This document shows positions 1-10,640 of a stretch of 64,000 bases of DNA, one piece after another. Every line of letters begins with the position of its first letter. Within the stretch, counting starts at the first letter, position 1. Position numbers and translations under genes: made by a program. The notes below the pieces were generated by a model. The model did not search any database, was not told the DNA's origin, and was given only the letters and a program-made list of their open reading frames with translations. The DNA is from Oopsacas minuta (lineage: Eukaryota > Animalia > Porifera): positions 124,001 through 188,000 of the forward strand of contig JAKMXF010000337.1 in NCBI GenBank assembly GCA_024704765.1. The letters run 5' to 3'.

Positions 1-2069
1 CTTTGTCAATCACATCCAGTACATCAATCAAAGTATTTAGCTGAGATTCATCTTTCCGAGCAATAACCCAACGGAAACTTCTATTTCACAATCTTTGATA
101 TCTATTGCATACAGTTCAGATAGTGTATTCAATCCCTGTTTGTTAAGAAAGTTTTGAGACCTTGGTAAGCAGCAATCAGCAGCCTTCATGATGCCTGATT
201 GATCTGTACCAAAACGGGCATCCAATTCTGCTAAGATCTCGCGGACATTTTGGCGTAACAATATTTCAAGCTCTTCAAAGTTGGATGCGTTTGTGTGTCC
301 AACAGAGCTATTTAGATATCCTTCTCTAAACCTTTCTGGAAGACGCGTTGCCTGATTGTGTCTCTTACATCAAAATTTTCGATTTCATATTTACCGGACA
401 AATCTTTGGCATATTCGACAACCTTGTCAAAATCGAAATTGATCAAACTTTCCCTCAGATCGGCAAGTAATATCAAACAAGAAACAGTTGCTGTCGACTT
501 CTGAAAAGCTTTAGTGCAAAAATCAGAGTAATCATACAGCCTACCAAAGTAAACTAAGATGGTCATAAATTTCTTTGTTTGTAGACTACCTAGTAAAGAT
601 TTAGCTGCTAAACTTGTGTCTGCATCATTATCATTTCCAAATATGCTTAAAGTATCAAGTATGCAATCAAACCGACGCAGAAACCTTTCCACCTCCAAAG
701 AACGGGAAGACCAACGAGTACTACATGAACGTGTAAGTTCAAGAGCTTGGACGTTGGGATAGCGCTCATCCTGGACGTCTATGAAAACTGCATGTCGCTT
801 TGTTCCATTCATGAACGAATACGTCAAATCCAATATATCAAAGAAAGATTTCATCAGAGGATGTCGTTCAGCAGTTGCAGCTAATACTAAGTTAAGCCTA
901 TGTGAAGCACAATGAACATATGTGGCATTGCGATAACCTGCCCCTTTCATGCGGGCTTGGACACCACCGTGTATTCCTGACATAACACTAGCCCCGTCGT
1001 AACCCTGCCCTACACATTTCAGAGGATCGAGCTCAAAAGGCTTAAGTAGCTCTATCAGTTTTTCAGAGATGGTGCCCGCATCCATGTCCTTCAATTCAAT
1101 AAAGCCAATAGCTCTTTCTCGGACATTACCTTTATGGATATATCGCAAAGAAGCACCTAACAACTCCTTCTTAGATGCATCTTTTACTTCGTCAGCTAGA
1201 ATAGCATAACAAGACGCGATTTCTACTTCACTTTTAACATAGTCTAGAAGCACTGAAGCGAGTGATGTAAGCAAATCATTTTGAATATCTGGACTTAGCA
1301 TTTTTGCATTTCCTGGAAGACTTTCTATCCTCTTGGTCACATTGCTATCATATTTTCCTAAAAGTTCTAATATTTCAAGAAAGTTCCCTTTATTAAGCGA
1401 CTGATCTGATTCATCATCTCCTCGAAGAGGAATATCTTGTTTGGCACAAAAAGTAATAATGTCAAGAACAGTCATTAAATGTTTCCGATTGTCATCTATG
1501 AATTTCTCATTTCGAAAATTGGGATCCAGTTGCTTATCTACCGACCCTATTATTTGATGAATTGCCCAGACTTTCTGTGTTTCAACAGCTGCCATATGAC
1601 ACACAGAACTATCGTGCTTCCTGCACTTGTCGCCAAGTTTCCTCCAGTCACAAAGTCCTTTTGTTGAAAACGTTGCTTCAGCTGTTGATCCTCCAAAAAG
1701 CCGACACGGTTGGCAAAATATAGCATCGAGTTCTTTGCTATACTCTATCCAGGAGAATTGGGCATACCAATGAGTACTAAAATGTCTACCGGCCTCATTT
1801 TTTGGGAAGATAATAGAAGGCTGCCTCGGTTTCTCACCATTTTTGGACAAATCATTTACAGTCACAATTGGTGATTGTATATGAGTCGTGTTTAAACTTG
1901 GAGTTGAAATTGTTGTACAAGAATCGGAAGTTAAAGGGGTCGAAACTTGAAGACTCGTAACAACAGGCTCTACCTCCTCATAATTTGAAGAGACGACATG
2001 ATCTTCGATTTCTATTCGATTTCTTTTAAAATATGCCTGAACTTTGCTTTGTTGTAGTCTTTTAGTCAT
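1..2069 (-). pseudogene. hAT transposase: 585-aa ORF plus C-terminal continuation across two apparent 1-bp deletions (~346, ~80)
   Basis: TTF-type Zn finger (WYAQFSWIEY...FCQPC), DIPLRGDDES, ILADEVKD, GQGYDGASVMSG, YVHCASHRLNL, CSTRWS. Shifting frame near 346 gives RLPERFREGYLNSSVGHT...LLRQNVRE; shifting near 80 gives RSFRWVIARKDESQLNTLIDVLDVIDK. Confidence 0.85.
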
Positions 2070-2460
2070 CGAGAATTGTTAGAGATACGAGTCACTGAAC
2101 TGATTGAAGAACAGAAAATGTGAAAGATTTGATGATATAGAATGACTTTATAACTTATAGAGAATATCTGAAATTGGCTTCACTCATGTGCAAATTTCAA
2201 AACAAGCTTTGAAAACTGAAACCCTAAGAGCATCACCAATGCTTCAATTACTTCAATGGACAGTCTAACTTCTGACAACAATTACTAGCGGTCGTGGTAA
2301 TTCAATTAAAATTATAGTAGAAATTCAGTGCCTGTCAAAATAGAACAAGTTTACTATCAATGAGCGTTACTTCCTGTCTAGTATTAAAACCATCATCGCA
2401 ACGCGAGTTATTAATTTCATAGTTTTGACGATGCAGTTGAAGTACATAGACTATTAATTA

Positions 2461-2601
2461 CAGTGGAGTTCGCTTATTAGCAACTCGGATTTTGCAGAGA
2501 TTTGGTTGCTAATAGGGCAACGAAATTAACATTATAATCCCGTTTGGGACCCGAAAGCTGGTTGCTAATAGAGCAATATTACTGATAAGCTAACTACATT
2601 G
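2461..2601. mobile_element. pogo/Tigger-like MITE inserted in the 5' region of the hAT element
   Basis: TA|CAGTGGAGTTCGCTTATTAG ... CTGATAAGCTAACTACATTG|TA; about 15/20 TIR match, TA on both flanks. Confidence 0.65.
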
Positions 2602-2687
2602 TATATAAAAACGAAAACTTCCAAATTTATCTGGGGGGCGAGAAAAACTTTTGGGGGGGCGACCGCCCCCCCGTAGCTACGTGCCTG

Positions 2688-2815
2688 TTGTGTAGTCGAT
2701 ATTCATAGCTGCAAACTAGTAATTTGCATAGAATAGCATATCTTTTCAAGAATTTCAAAAAATGTTTTCGATTTACACTTTTTGAATTTGTTAATTATTA
2801 ATAAACATTAGATAA
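2688..2815. mobile_element. Left-arm fragment of a palindromic Tc1/mariner-type MITE, interrupted by hAT on the left and Chapaev3-like element on the right
   Basis: ttgtgtagtcgatattcatagctgc...ttattaataaacattagataa matches the left arm of the full copy at 39488-40400. Confidence 0.8.
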
Positions 2816-3299
2816 CACTGGGCAACGTCTTTTCAAATTACAATTTCTTCTTCGATGTGTTCAAACTATCCTTAACCAATTTTTTATGCTGATTTCAAAC
2901 ATAGCATTCATTTGTTATCTACACGTCCAGATTTTCCGAAAATCAATTTTTCAAATTTTTTGACTTCAAGGAATATATTTATTTAAAAAATGTAACGTAA
3001 TGTTTTCAAACCCAAAGAACAATCTAAAAGTTTATTATTCGAACCCATATAACAATAATACGAGTTCCCATTAATCGTTAATGAATTTTTTACTCTGTGA
3101 ATTTCGTAAGGTCCGTATTTTTTGATCAAGATCACGATTTCCAAGACCCGTGATACATATAAGTATATCATGCCCCTGATATATCAATCTGGTATGAAGT
3201 ATAAAATATCTATGATTGAATTTATGATTGTGATCAGAAGTTTTAAACAACAACATTATTACTATTTGACTTGGAAATTGTAAGCAATAAATTATTAAT

Positions 3300-4745
3300 C
3301 CCTAACAGCTTTAACATGGAACATATGGAATGAAACGCCGTTTTCTTGACATTCGATCGTGAGCTGTATCGCAGCCCCTTTTCAAACACCAACAATAGTT
3401 TCTCATCATACATGTATTTCATTTGCCTTGGTATCTTTCTCCATTTCACAAAAGTCCTGATAAACCGCTGACGTTGTTCCTCACTTAGGCACCGAGATTT
3501 TCAGGAAAATAATTTAAATGCGAATGTAGAAAGTGAATCTTTATGCTCGTTCTACTGCCAAGAGATTCATAGTTAGCAAGCATTGTTTGAACGTTCTTGG
3601 TAGTTTTCCGCTTTCTTATTTCCCAAAATTTTTCTACGACATTCTTGAAAGATGTCCAGGCATTTCTTTCTTCTGAATTCTGCACTGCCACAAACTGAGG
3701 ATCTCGGAATAATTGACGTATTTGTGGTCCCACAAAAATACCTGCTTTTAACTTGGCCTCACTTATAGCTGGAAATTTGATAGAAAGATACCTAAATGCA
3801 TCACCTTCCCTATTTAGGGCTTTTACTAAATTCTTCATTAGACCAAATTTGATATGGAGCGGGGGTAATATGACCATCGGGGGATCGACAAGAGGAATAG
3901 ATCACACATTTTCCCTTCCTGGGATATATTCAGTTCTAGTTGGCCATTCTTTGTATAACCACCTTGCTGACCAAGTAGGAGAGTAATAACTTTTAGATCA
4001 CCACAAATTTGCCACTTATGCTCTTTATACTTGAGCATATCAATGAGTAACTTCATGGTTTCATAATTTTCTCAAAGGGTAACTGAATGCGCGATTGGGA
4101 TTGACGACACAGTGTTTCCGTTGTAAAGGAGGACCGCTTTGAGGCTCCTTTTAGAAGAATCAATGAAAAGTCTCCAATCATTGGGATCATAGTTCATTCC
4201 CATGGATAAATCAACTCTTGAATATTATTGTAATAAAACAATTCATTGTCCATTGAAAAGAAAGGCTCAAATTCCTGCTCTCTATTCCTATACCAGTAAA
4301 ACGTAGTTCTTGCTTCTAGAAGGTTTCTTTCTTTAAGTCTCGAACCTAAAAGCAGAGCTGATTCCTTCGACAGGTCAAGATCCCTGACTAAATCATTCAA
4401 ATCCTCCTGTGAAAATAGCTTTGGGGCATCACTTGGCACCTCAAAAGATGTATCAAACTGATCTTCAGGTTCAGTATCAACACATTCCTGAACTTTAGAT
4501 GCGACAAGAGGTTTAGGCACAGGAATTCCCAAGCCATGTGCTACAGAGCGCAAAGCTGAAGGCAAATTTGGGTATGTTATCCTAGATATAGTCATTTTAG
4601 AATGCCCTTGAACTTTTACAGAATAAAGGTAGCAGTCATCTGAATGGTTTCTTTGTTCCCTCCAGACCATTGGGATACCAATGACATAGAATATAAATTT
4701 CCCTTTGACCATTTGACTAAGTTATTACAACATATGCGACAAGCA
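3300..4745 (-). pseudogene. Chapaev3-like transposase, central and C-terminal part, frameshifted
   Basis: ORFs 4194-4712, 3838-4056 and 3485-3877 are consecutive pieces of one transposase. Confidence 0.8.
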
Positions 4746-7715
4746 CACAGTGGGCTTTATGCTGGAAATAGCATGAAATTTTTACCCCCTCAGAATTGTA
4801 TTTCCTTATTATCATTGAATTCACAATCGTTTCAAACCTAGAAATTAGTAATTTTATTCTGATTCAATAAGTAAATTGGTGGTTATGGTGATGAATATTT
4901 GCGGCTTCTTGTAATTGGAATTTCTGTTGTGTAGTATATCAAACCGATCAAGTTTCATAGTTATATTTTTAGCACTTGTAACTAAGAAGAAAGAATTCTT
5001 TACAATAATGAAACATTTATATTTCAAGTATCTAACTTACATCTTGAAATGTCGTTTGGTTTCTAACTTTCTATTCTAAAACTAGATAAAATGCGATGAC
5101 TATTTAGGACACTTTTTTTCGACGTCCACAGGATATTTTATGCTGAAACTTGTTGTGGCGTTTCATTGCGTGAACTCTCACTGGTCTTAAAATGTAAGTT
5201 ATAATAATACATTCAAAAAATATAATAGTTTAGACCCGCCGGAGGGCGCCCAAAGTATCAAACATTCATTTGAATGGGTGTAACTTTAATGTAAAATTTC
5301 CCTATGAAATACTAGCATTATGAATAACAAGGAAGCTTTTGACTTTCTATCCTCACGTAAATCTGTCAGATATGCAACAATCGTATTTATGGATAGTCAG
5401 CAACTTGATGATAAATATTATAGTTGTATCCGATACAAATTCGTTGAGTTGAAGGGTGATAGAGAGATATTTCGTAAAAGAAACGACCTAAATACATGGG
5501 ATGATATGATATTCTTTGACAATTCAACATTGGCAGAGAAGAGGCGGTTATCGTCTGAAGGGGATATTTGTACTCCTAATCATGTTCATGCAAAGGCTAT
5601 CAGGAAACCACTCCTAGAATTAACGATTAAAGGACAAAGGGTACGTCTGGAACCTCTTTTAGCCCTGATTAAAAGCTTAGCAGCTAGTGAGAACGTGGAT
5701 AGCAAAACGATGGCAGCCATGGCTCTACAATTTGTCTCGTCTTCTTCAGGAGATTACTTCACCAGTTCCTTCTGTCTGGAAATAGTCAACAAAGGCACAT
5801 TTCAAGGCAATATAAAGACACACATCTCAATTGCTAAGTCTACGTTCCTCCTAGGGCAATTGGAAATAGGTAAGCGAAAGTACATTGAATTGAGGAGACT
5901 TTGTAAGTCAGACAATGCACTATTCCCTAAGTATGAGCTAATTTCCCAGTATCGAGCAGATATTACTCTGGATAAGGAATTCATTTTTATCCGCAATGTG
6001 TCTGATGCGCCTATGGGAGCAGGGATATCTTACATTTCTATCATCAAACAGACAATTTCCCGCCTACTCGAATCATTTCCCACAGATTCTGAATTTGAAT
6101 TCCTGTTGACATTTTCTGCAACAGATGGCTTGGATGGATCTGGACCCCATCAAGTTTATAATCAGATTCAAGAGTCAACAGATATTGGTTCCAAAAATTT
6201 CATTCTCTTTGCTTTCAAACCTCTCGCTATTCACGACAGCGCAAACAAACTTATTTGGGAAAACGAAAGGCCCAACACACAATTTCAGATTCGCCCAGTC
6301 ACTTTACTAGCTGCCAAAGAAAATAGCGAAAATGTATGTCATCTAATGGATACTTATATCAATCCTTACGTAGCATACATGGAAGAAAATGGGATACCAC
6401 TCTCGCAAGGACTTGTGAGGATAAAATTGCTCAAGACCATGTTCGATGGGCAAATGGCAGGAATTCTATCTGGAGCCGGTGGTGCTCACTGCCAACTCTG
6501 TACTGCGACTTTCAAACAACTGCATGATGTCGAACTTATACGAGATGCTTTTCCTATTAATCGTTCAATAACATCGGCTAAAGAACTGTTTCAAAGTGTG
6601 AATGAAGTAGAATTTCTATCTCTAAGTTCCAATGACCGTCTTGGATTGACTCACCAACCTATTTCCGACATCGATATAATTTGCTCTTCTCCATTACATT
6701 AATATTTGTGCATCTTCAGATGGATGACCCTCGTTTATCATCTGCAATCAGGTGCAAGGAAGTGGTCACCATCATCCTTAGGCATAAAAAACTCAATGAA
6801 GTTTGTTTCAGGCTTATTGATGGAAAAGACTGGTATGAAGATTGATCAACCCAGCAGTGATGGTGGCACTACATCAACTGGCAATGTTGCTCGAAATTGT
6901 TTCTTGGACAACTAATTTCTTTACTGGGTTTGTTCCTTGATACCAACAGAATACCATGAAAATATAAAGGTCATCCACACTAACCTTTCAGTATGTTTGC
7001 GTATTTACAACAGCGACCGAGAGATAAACACTGAAAGACTGGATATTCTTTGTAAGGACACATACGAATACATTGTAATCAGGTTCCCTTGGGCAAACAT
7101 CAGTCCAACCTTGCATAAATTACTAGCCCATTCTTCAGAACTCATTAGAACTTACAACAATAGCCATGGACTTAAAGTCTTCTCTGAAGAAGCAGTTGAA
7201 GTTTCAAACAAACTCGTTCGAAGGTATCGCGAACACCTTGCCAGAAAAATGTCGTTTTCTCTGAATACTCGAGATATCTTTATACGACTGATGTGTAATA
7301 GTGATCCTGCCCTCAATGTGTATAGATAATTTACAAAAGCAAACAAGAAAACCCACTCTTCTGAACCTCCAGACCAAAAAATTCTTTTCTCACAATTAAC
7401 TTGCTAATAAATAATGATTTAAATAGATGGAAGCACAAGATACTATTAAAATGTGGGTATGTTAAATGTGTGTCTATGATCCAAAATAAGCTTTCTATCG
7501 GGTCTACTAACTGAATTTTAAGCTCAAAAACTATAATTTATGATAATATGAAAGGTGTCAATGACGTCATAACTTTTTAATGAGATGACCTAGATTTTCT
7601 TTTTATGCAGAAATCGTTTCTCAGGGGTAATTTCCTATTGGCTAATAATGCATTATATATCTCTATCTTGCATGGTTTCCTATTTCCATTTCACCCGCCA
7701 AAAATGCCCACTGTG
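4746..7715 (+). mobile_element. RAG1-like/Transib-related transposon #1, complete ends
   Basis: AAGCA|CACAGTGGGC ... GCCCACTGTG|AAGCA (5-bp TSD at 4741-4745 and 7716-7720); both ends carry TGGAAATAG, 10 nt (left) and 20 nt (right) after the heptamer. Confidence 0.92.
5320..7329 (+). pseudogene. RAG1-like transposase with in-frame stops at 6700-6702 and 6913-6915
   Basis: NBD-like RKPLLELTIKGQRVRL; DGLDGSG (D600-equivalent); MFDGQM (D708-eq.); CQLC; SPLH; LHKLLAH; FSEEAVEVSNK (E962-eq.). The three ORFs are in one frame. Confidence 0.9.
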
Positions 7716-7885
7716 AAGCATAGTGAGGGCCCCATGGTTTGTCATGGTCTCCGACTTTACAACCGAAATAGAGATAGTATTGTTCCACAATTAACGGGGT
7801 CATTTTCTTGAACATACTATCCAACATGTAGATACCACAAATATAACAAAAACAGTCATGATCATTTCACATTTGTGATGCATTG
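7716..7885 (-). pseudogene. Chapaev3-like transposase N-terminal Zn-finger part, displaced by the RAG1-like insertion
   Basis: Minus-strand translation HDCFCYICGIYMLDSMFKKMTPLIVEQYYLYFGCKVGDHDKPWA; joins across the AAGCA TSD to (P)HYACRICCNNLVKWSKG. Confidence 0.8.
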
Positions 7886-8194
7886 ACTGTAGAAATAATA
7901 AAGAAGAAAAATATCGAAAATGTACATGAATGTAGATTAATATATTAAGTTAGTTAGAGTTAGTGCCGACCTATGAGGTTACATTCCATATAGTATATTA
8001 GTTAAAGGTATTATAAAAGTCTTGTGAAAGAAGACTCAAAGTACTAAAAATAGTTTCCAAGAAATAATAATTATGGTAAATTTAGCACCAAATTTCCATG
8101 GAAATGCAATAAATCAAAATTATTGAAAACGAAAAATCCTGAAGCATAGGTTAAAAACCGATGACAAATTAAGAATTATCGTAGTTGACAAGTG

Positions 8195-8894
8195 TAATTA
8201 TTGATAGTCAAAATATGTGATAATTCAAAACCTATTAAGAATGTATAATTTCTGACTTGGTATTTGAATTCTACGTAGGAGAGTTACCCCGGATTAAAAT
8301 TTTCAATGGAATTGGACAATTTTTGCCAAAGTTATAGAAGAATTTCAATTTGTGCCATTTGTGCCACCTTTTTCCCAAAGTGGCACAGGTAGCAGGAAAA
8401 GCGCACTACAAGGAACTCAACTAGGGTTAGGAGGAATAAGTCAAAGTAATAATTTCGAATGATATGACTACGTAACCCTTGAATTCCAAATTAACCTCTT
8501 GGTAGCGGCCACTTGTGCCACCTTGGGCAAAAGGTGGCACAAATTGAAATTCTTCTATAACTTTGGCAAAATAGTTCAATCCTATTGAAATCTTAATCCG
8601 GGGTAACTCGCCTACGTAGAATTAAAATTTCAAGTCAGAAATTATAGATTCATAATAGATTTTGAATTACCACATATTTTGACTATCATAATTATCTAAT
8701 GATAATGAATAGTTAACACCTCCAAAAAGGGTAAATCGAGAATATTTTTTGAAATTCTTGAAAAACATATGTCATTCTATGCAAATTACTAGATTACAGC
8801 TACGAATATAGACTACACAATATATAGGAGCGGGAAAGAGTATACAATTAAAGACAATTTATTTGTGTGGTCGAATACTTTTGTCCCTTGACTG
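8195..8894. mobile_element. Remainder of the palindromic MITE split by the Chapaev3-like insertion
   Basis: Resumes at taattattgatagtcaaaatatgtg; ends GAATACTTTTGTCCCTTGACTG|TA; colinear with 39488-40400. Confidence 0.85.
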
Positions 8895-9358
8895 TATATA
8901 TGAGTACATATAGATTAATTTCGTTTTAATCATTTAGATTTTCCAATCGGTCTTAACATAAAAATCTTGATGTAATCGCCACAAAGACTGACACTAAAGG
9001 CTGCATCACATGAACTAAGAAAACTATATAATTATTGACAAATAATTATACTAAATGAGAAAGCTTGAAGCCAAAACCAGGCTGTATCTAGACGTTTGCG
9101 GCGCGCCTAGAGGTACAGAAGTGACTTTTCCCCACTCGAGCGAAGTCGTAGATGGGGACCACTTCTTTTGCGAACTACAAAACGGCGAAAGCTAACAAAG
9201 AGTGGAATTACCTATGCCGCGATAAAGATCAACAATAGAAGTGTGTTAACTAAGCAAATCCAAGACTATTCCCAATTCACATATATAAATCGAGGAATCA
9301 AGGAAACAATTCACACGTAATTCATCAAACAAATACTGCATTTCTTATATATGTTATC

Positions 9359-10640
9359 ATGATTTTAACCTTGAAAAATCATCCAACAATAAGTTTTGAA
9401 GGTTATTCATACAGAATTGACAGACATAATGCGAGCAATGCTATAAAGCGATGGCGATGTGGTATCCGAGATCGCAATGGGAGTGCATATACAATTGTCA
9501 ATCAAGGTAATGCAGACTATGTCAACCTTTCCATTTGTCATATAGATCATTGTATTCGGATCCAGAGTAGAGGTTTGTTGAAGAAGTTATTTCTGTGTTC
9601 AATGTAAAAGTGCGAACTCAAGTACTCCTATCACCTTATAATGAATCTTCTGTGCTCTCCCACAGAATAATAATGGTGCATCAAGATTTCCTTTGTTCAA
9701 TCAAATTGACTCTTCCTTGTATCGTGAAAGGCTTAGCCGTTTTCCTGAACTTCCGATGTCGCGAGATGAACTAATTATGCCAAATCAACTAAGTAAAACT
9801 ATTGCAGGCTGTGATTTACACGTTTTCTTCCATAATTCAGCTGTTCACAAAAACTTTGTTTGACTGGAAATTGATGGAACTGCTGTGTATTTAACAATAT
9901 ACTAGTGAAAATGTTCTGATATTTGAAATTGAGTGACAATACTTTGTATAGTCAATAATAATATAGTGATTTTAGTACAGAAGAAAATATTCGTAGGCTT
10001 TCTACCTCCTTCTCATTGGTGTGTTGATGGTATATTCAAGAGTGTACCTAATATTCATGGCTTTGAGGGCGACAAGCTCATTCCTTTGGTCTATTGTTTA
10101 CTATCTTCTAAAACACGAGCAATATATTCTCAAGTTTTCAGTACCTTAAAGATAAAGCTGACAGTCTATCTGTAATTTTGATGCCTACATTATTTACCTG
10201 TGACTTTGAAAGTAGCTTCATATCAAGTGTCAGGACAGAGTTCCCTACTACTCATATTCGCGGGTGTTACTTCCATTATGGCCAGGCAATATATAGGCGT
10301 GCACAACTATTAGGATTATCAACGATCCATATACATTCGAAGGTCATAAAATGTATATTCGAAAACTTCTTTCAATTGCATATATCCCGATTGATCTTAC
10401 CCCTCAAACCTTCGATTAGTTTAAACAGCATTGTCCTCCTGAACTGCAGAGCCTTTTGAATACTCTGAGAACTACTGGATGAACAGTGTTGATCATAATC
10501 TTTGGAATATCTATGGAGTTAAACGGAGGTCAAGTAGGAATCCTGAAGGTTGGCACTTGTGGTTAAATCGGCCTATTGGGAAAACAAATGGTAACATTTA
10601 CGAAGTCATCTCAAAATTGATAAGAGAGCAAGGGGCAACG
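9359..10640 (+). pseudogene. Degenerate MULE (Mutator-like) transposase with FLYWCH-type N-terminus; 3' truncated
   Basis: ISFEGYSYRIDR...RWRC; WCVDGIFK; IPLVYCLL; TCDFE; IRGCYFHYGQAIYR; NPEGWH. Confidence 0.8.

Larger units (their letters stand above)
1..2687 (-). mobile_element. hAT DNA transposon (ZMYM1/DUF4371-type transposase); 3' end lies outside the window
   Basis: 5' terminus CAGGCACGTAGCTACGGGGGGG reads on the minus strand from 2687 and abuts a palindromic-MITE fragment starting at 2688; transposase ORF lies inside. Confidence 0.85.
2816..8194 (-). mobile_element. Chapaev3-like (CMC group) DNA transposon containing a nested RAG1-like element
   Basis: TAA|CACTGGGCAAC ... GTTGACAAGTG|TAA (CAC termini, 3-bp TAA TSD at 2813-2815 and 8195-8197). 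Transposase motifs: CFCYICG, WA(P)HYACRIC, GIPMVWRE..NH.DDCY, LPPLHIKFGLMKNLVKAL, KIHFLHSHL..FPENLGA. Family name is from recall of these motifs. Confidence 0.75.

Noticed and set aside
2653-2672. G7CG-AC-CGC7 hairpin
   Set aside because: GC-rich palindromes are a routine feature of hAT subterminal regions
5320-7329. Calling the RAG1-like ORFs a true RAG1 gene or evidence of V(D)J immunity
   Set aside because: They sit between TIRs with TSDs, lack the RING/N-terminal region and a RAG2 partner, and no antigen-receptor segments are present
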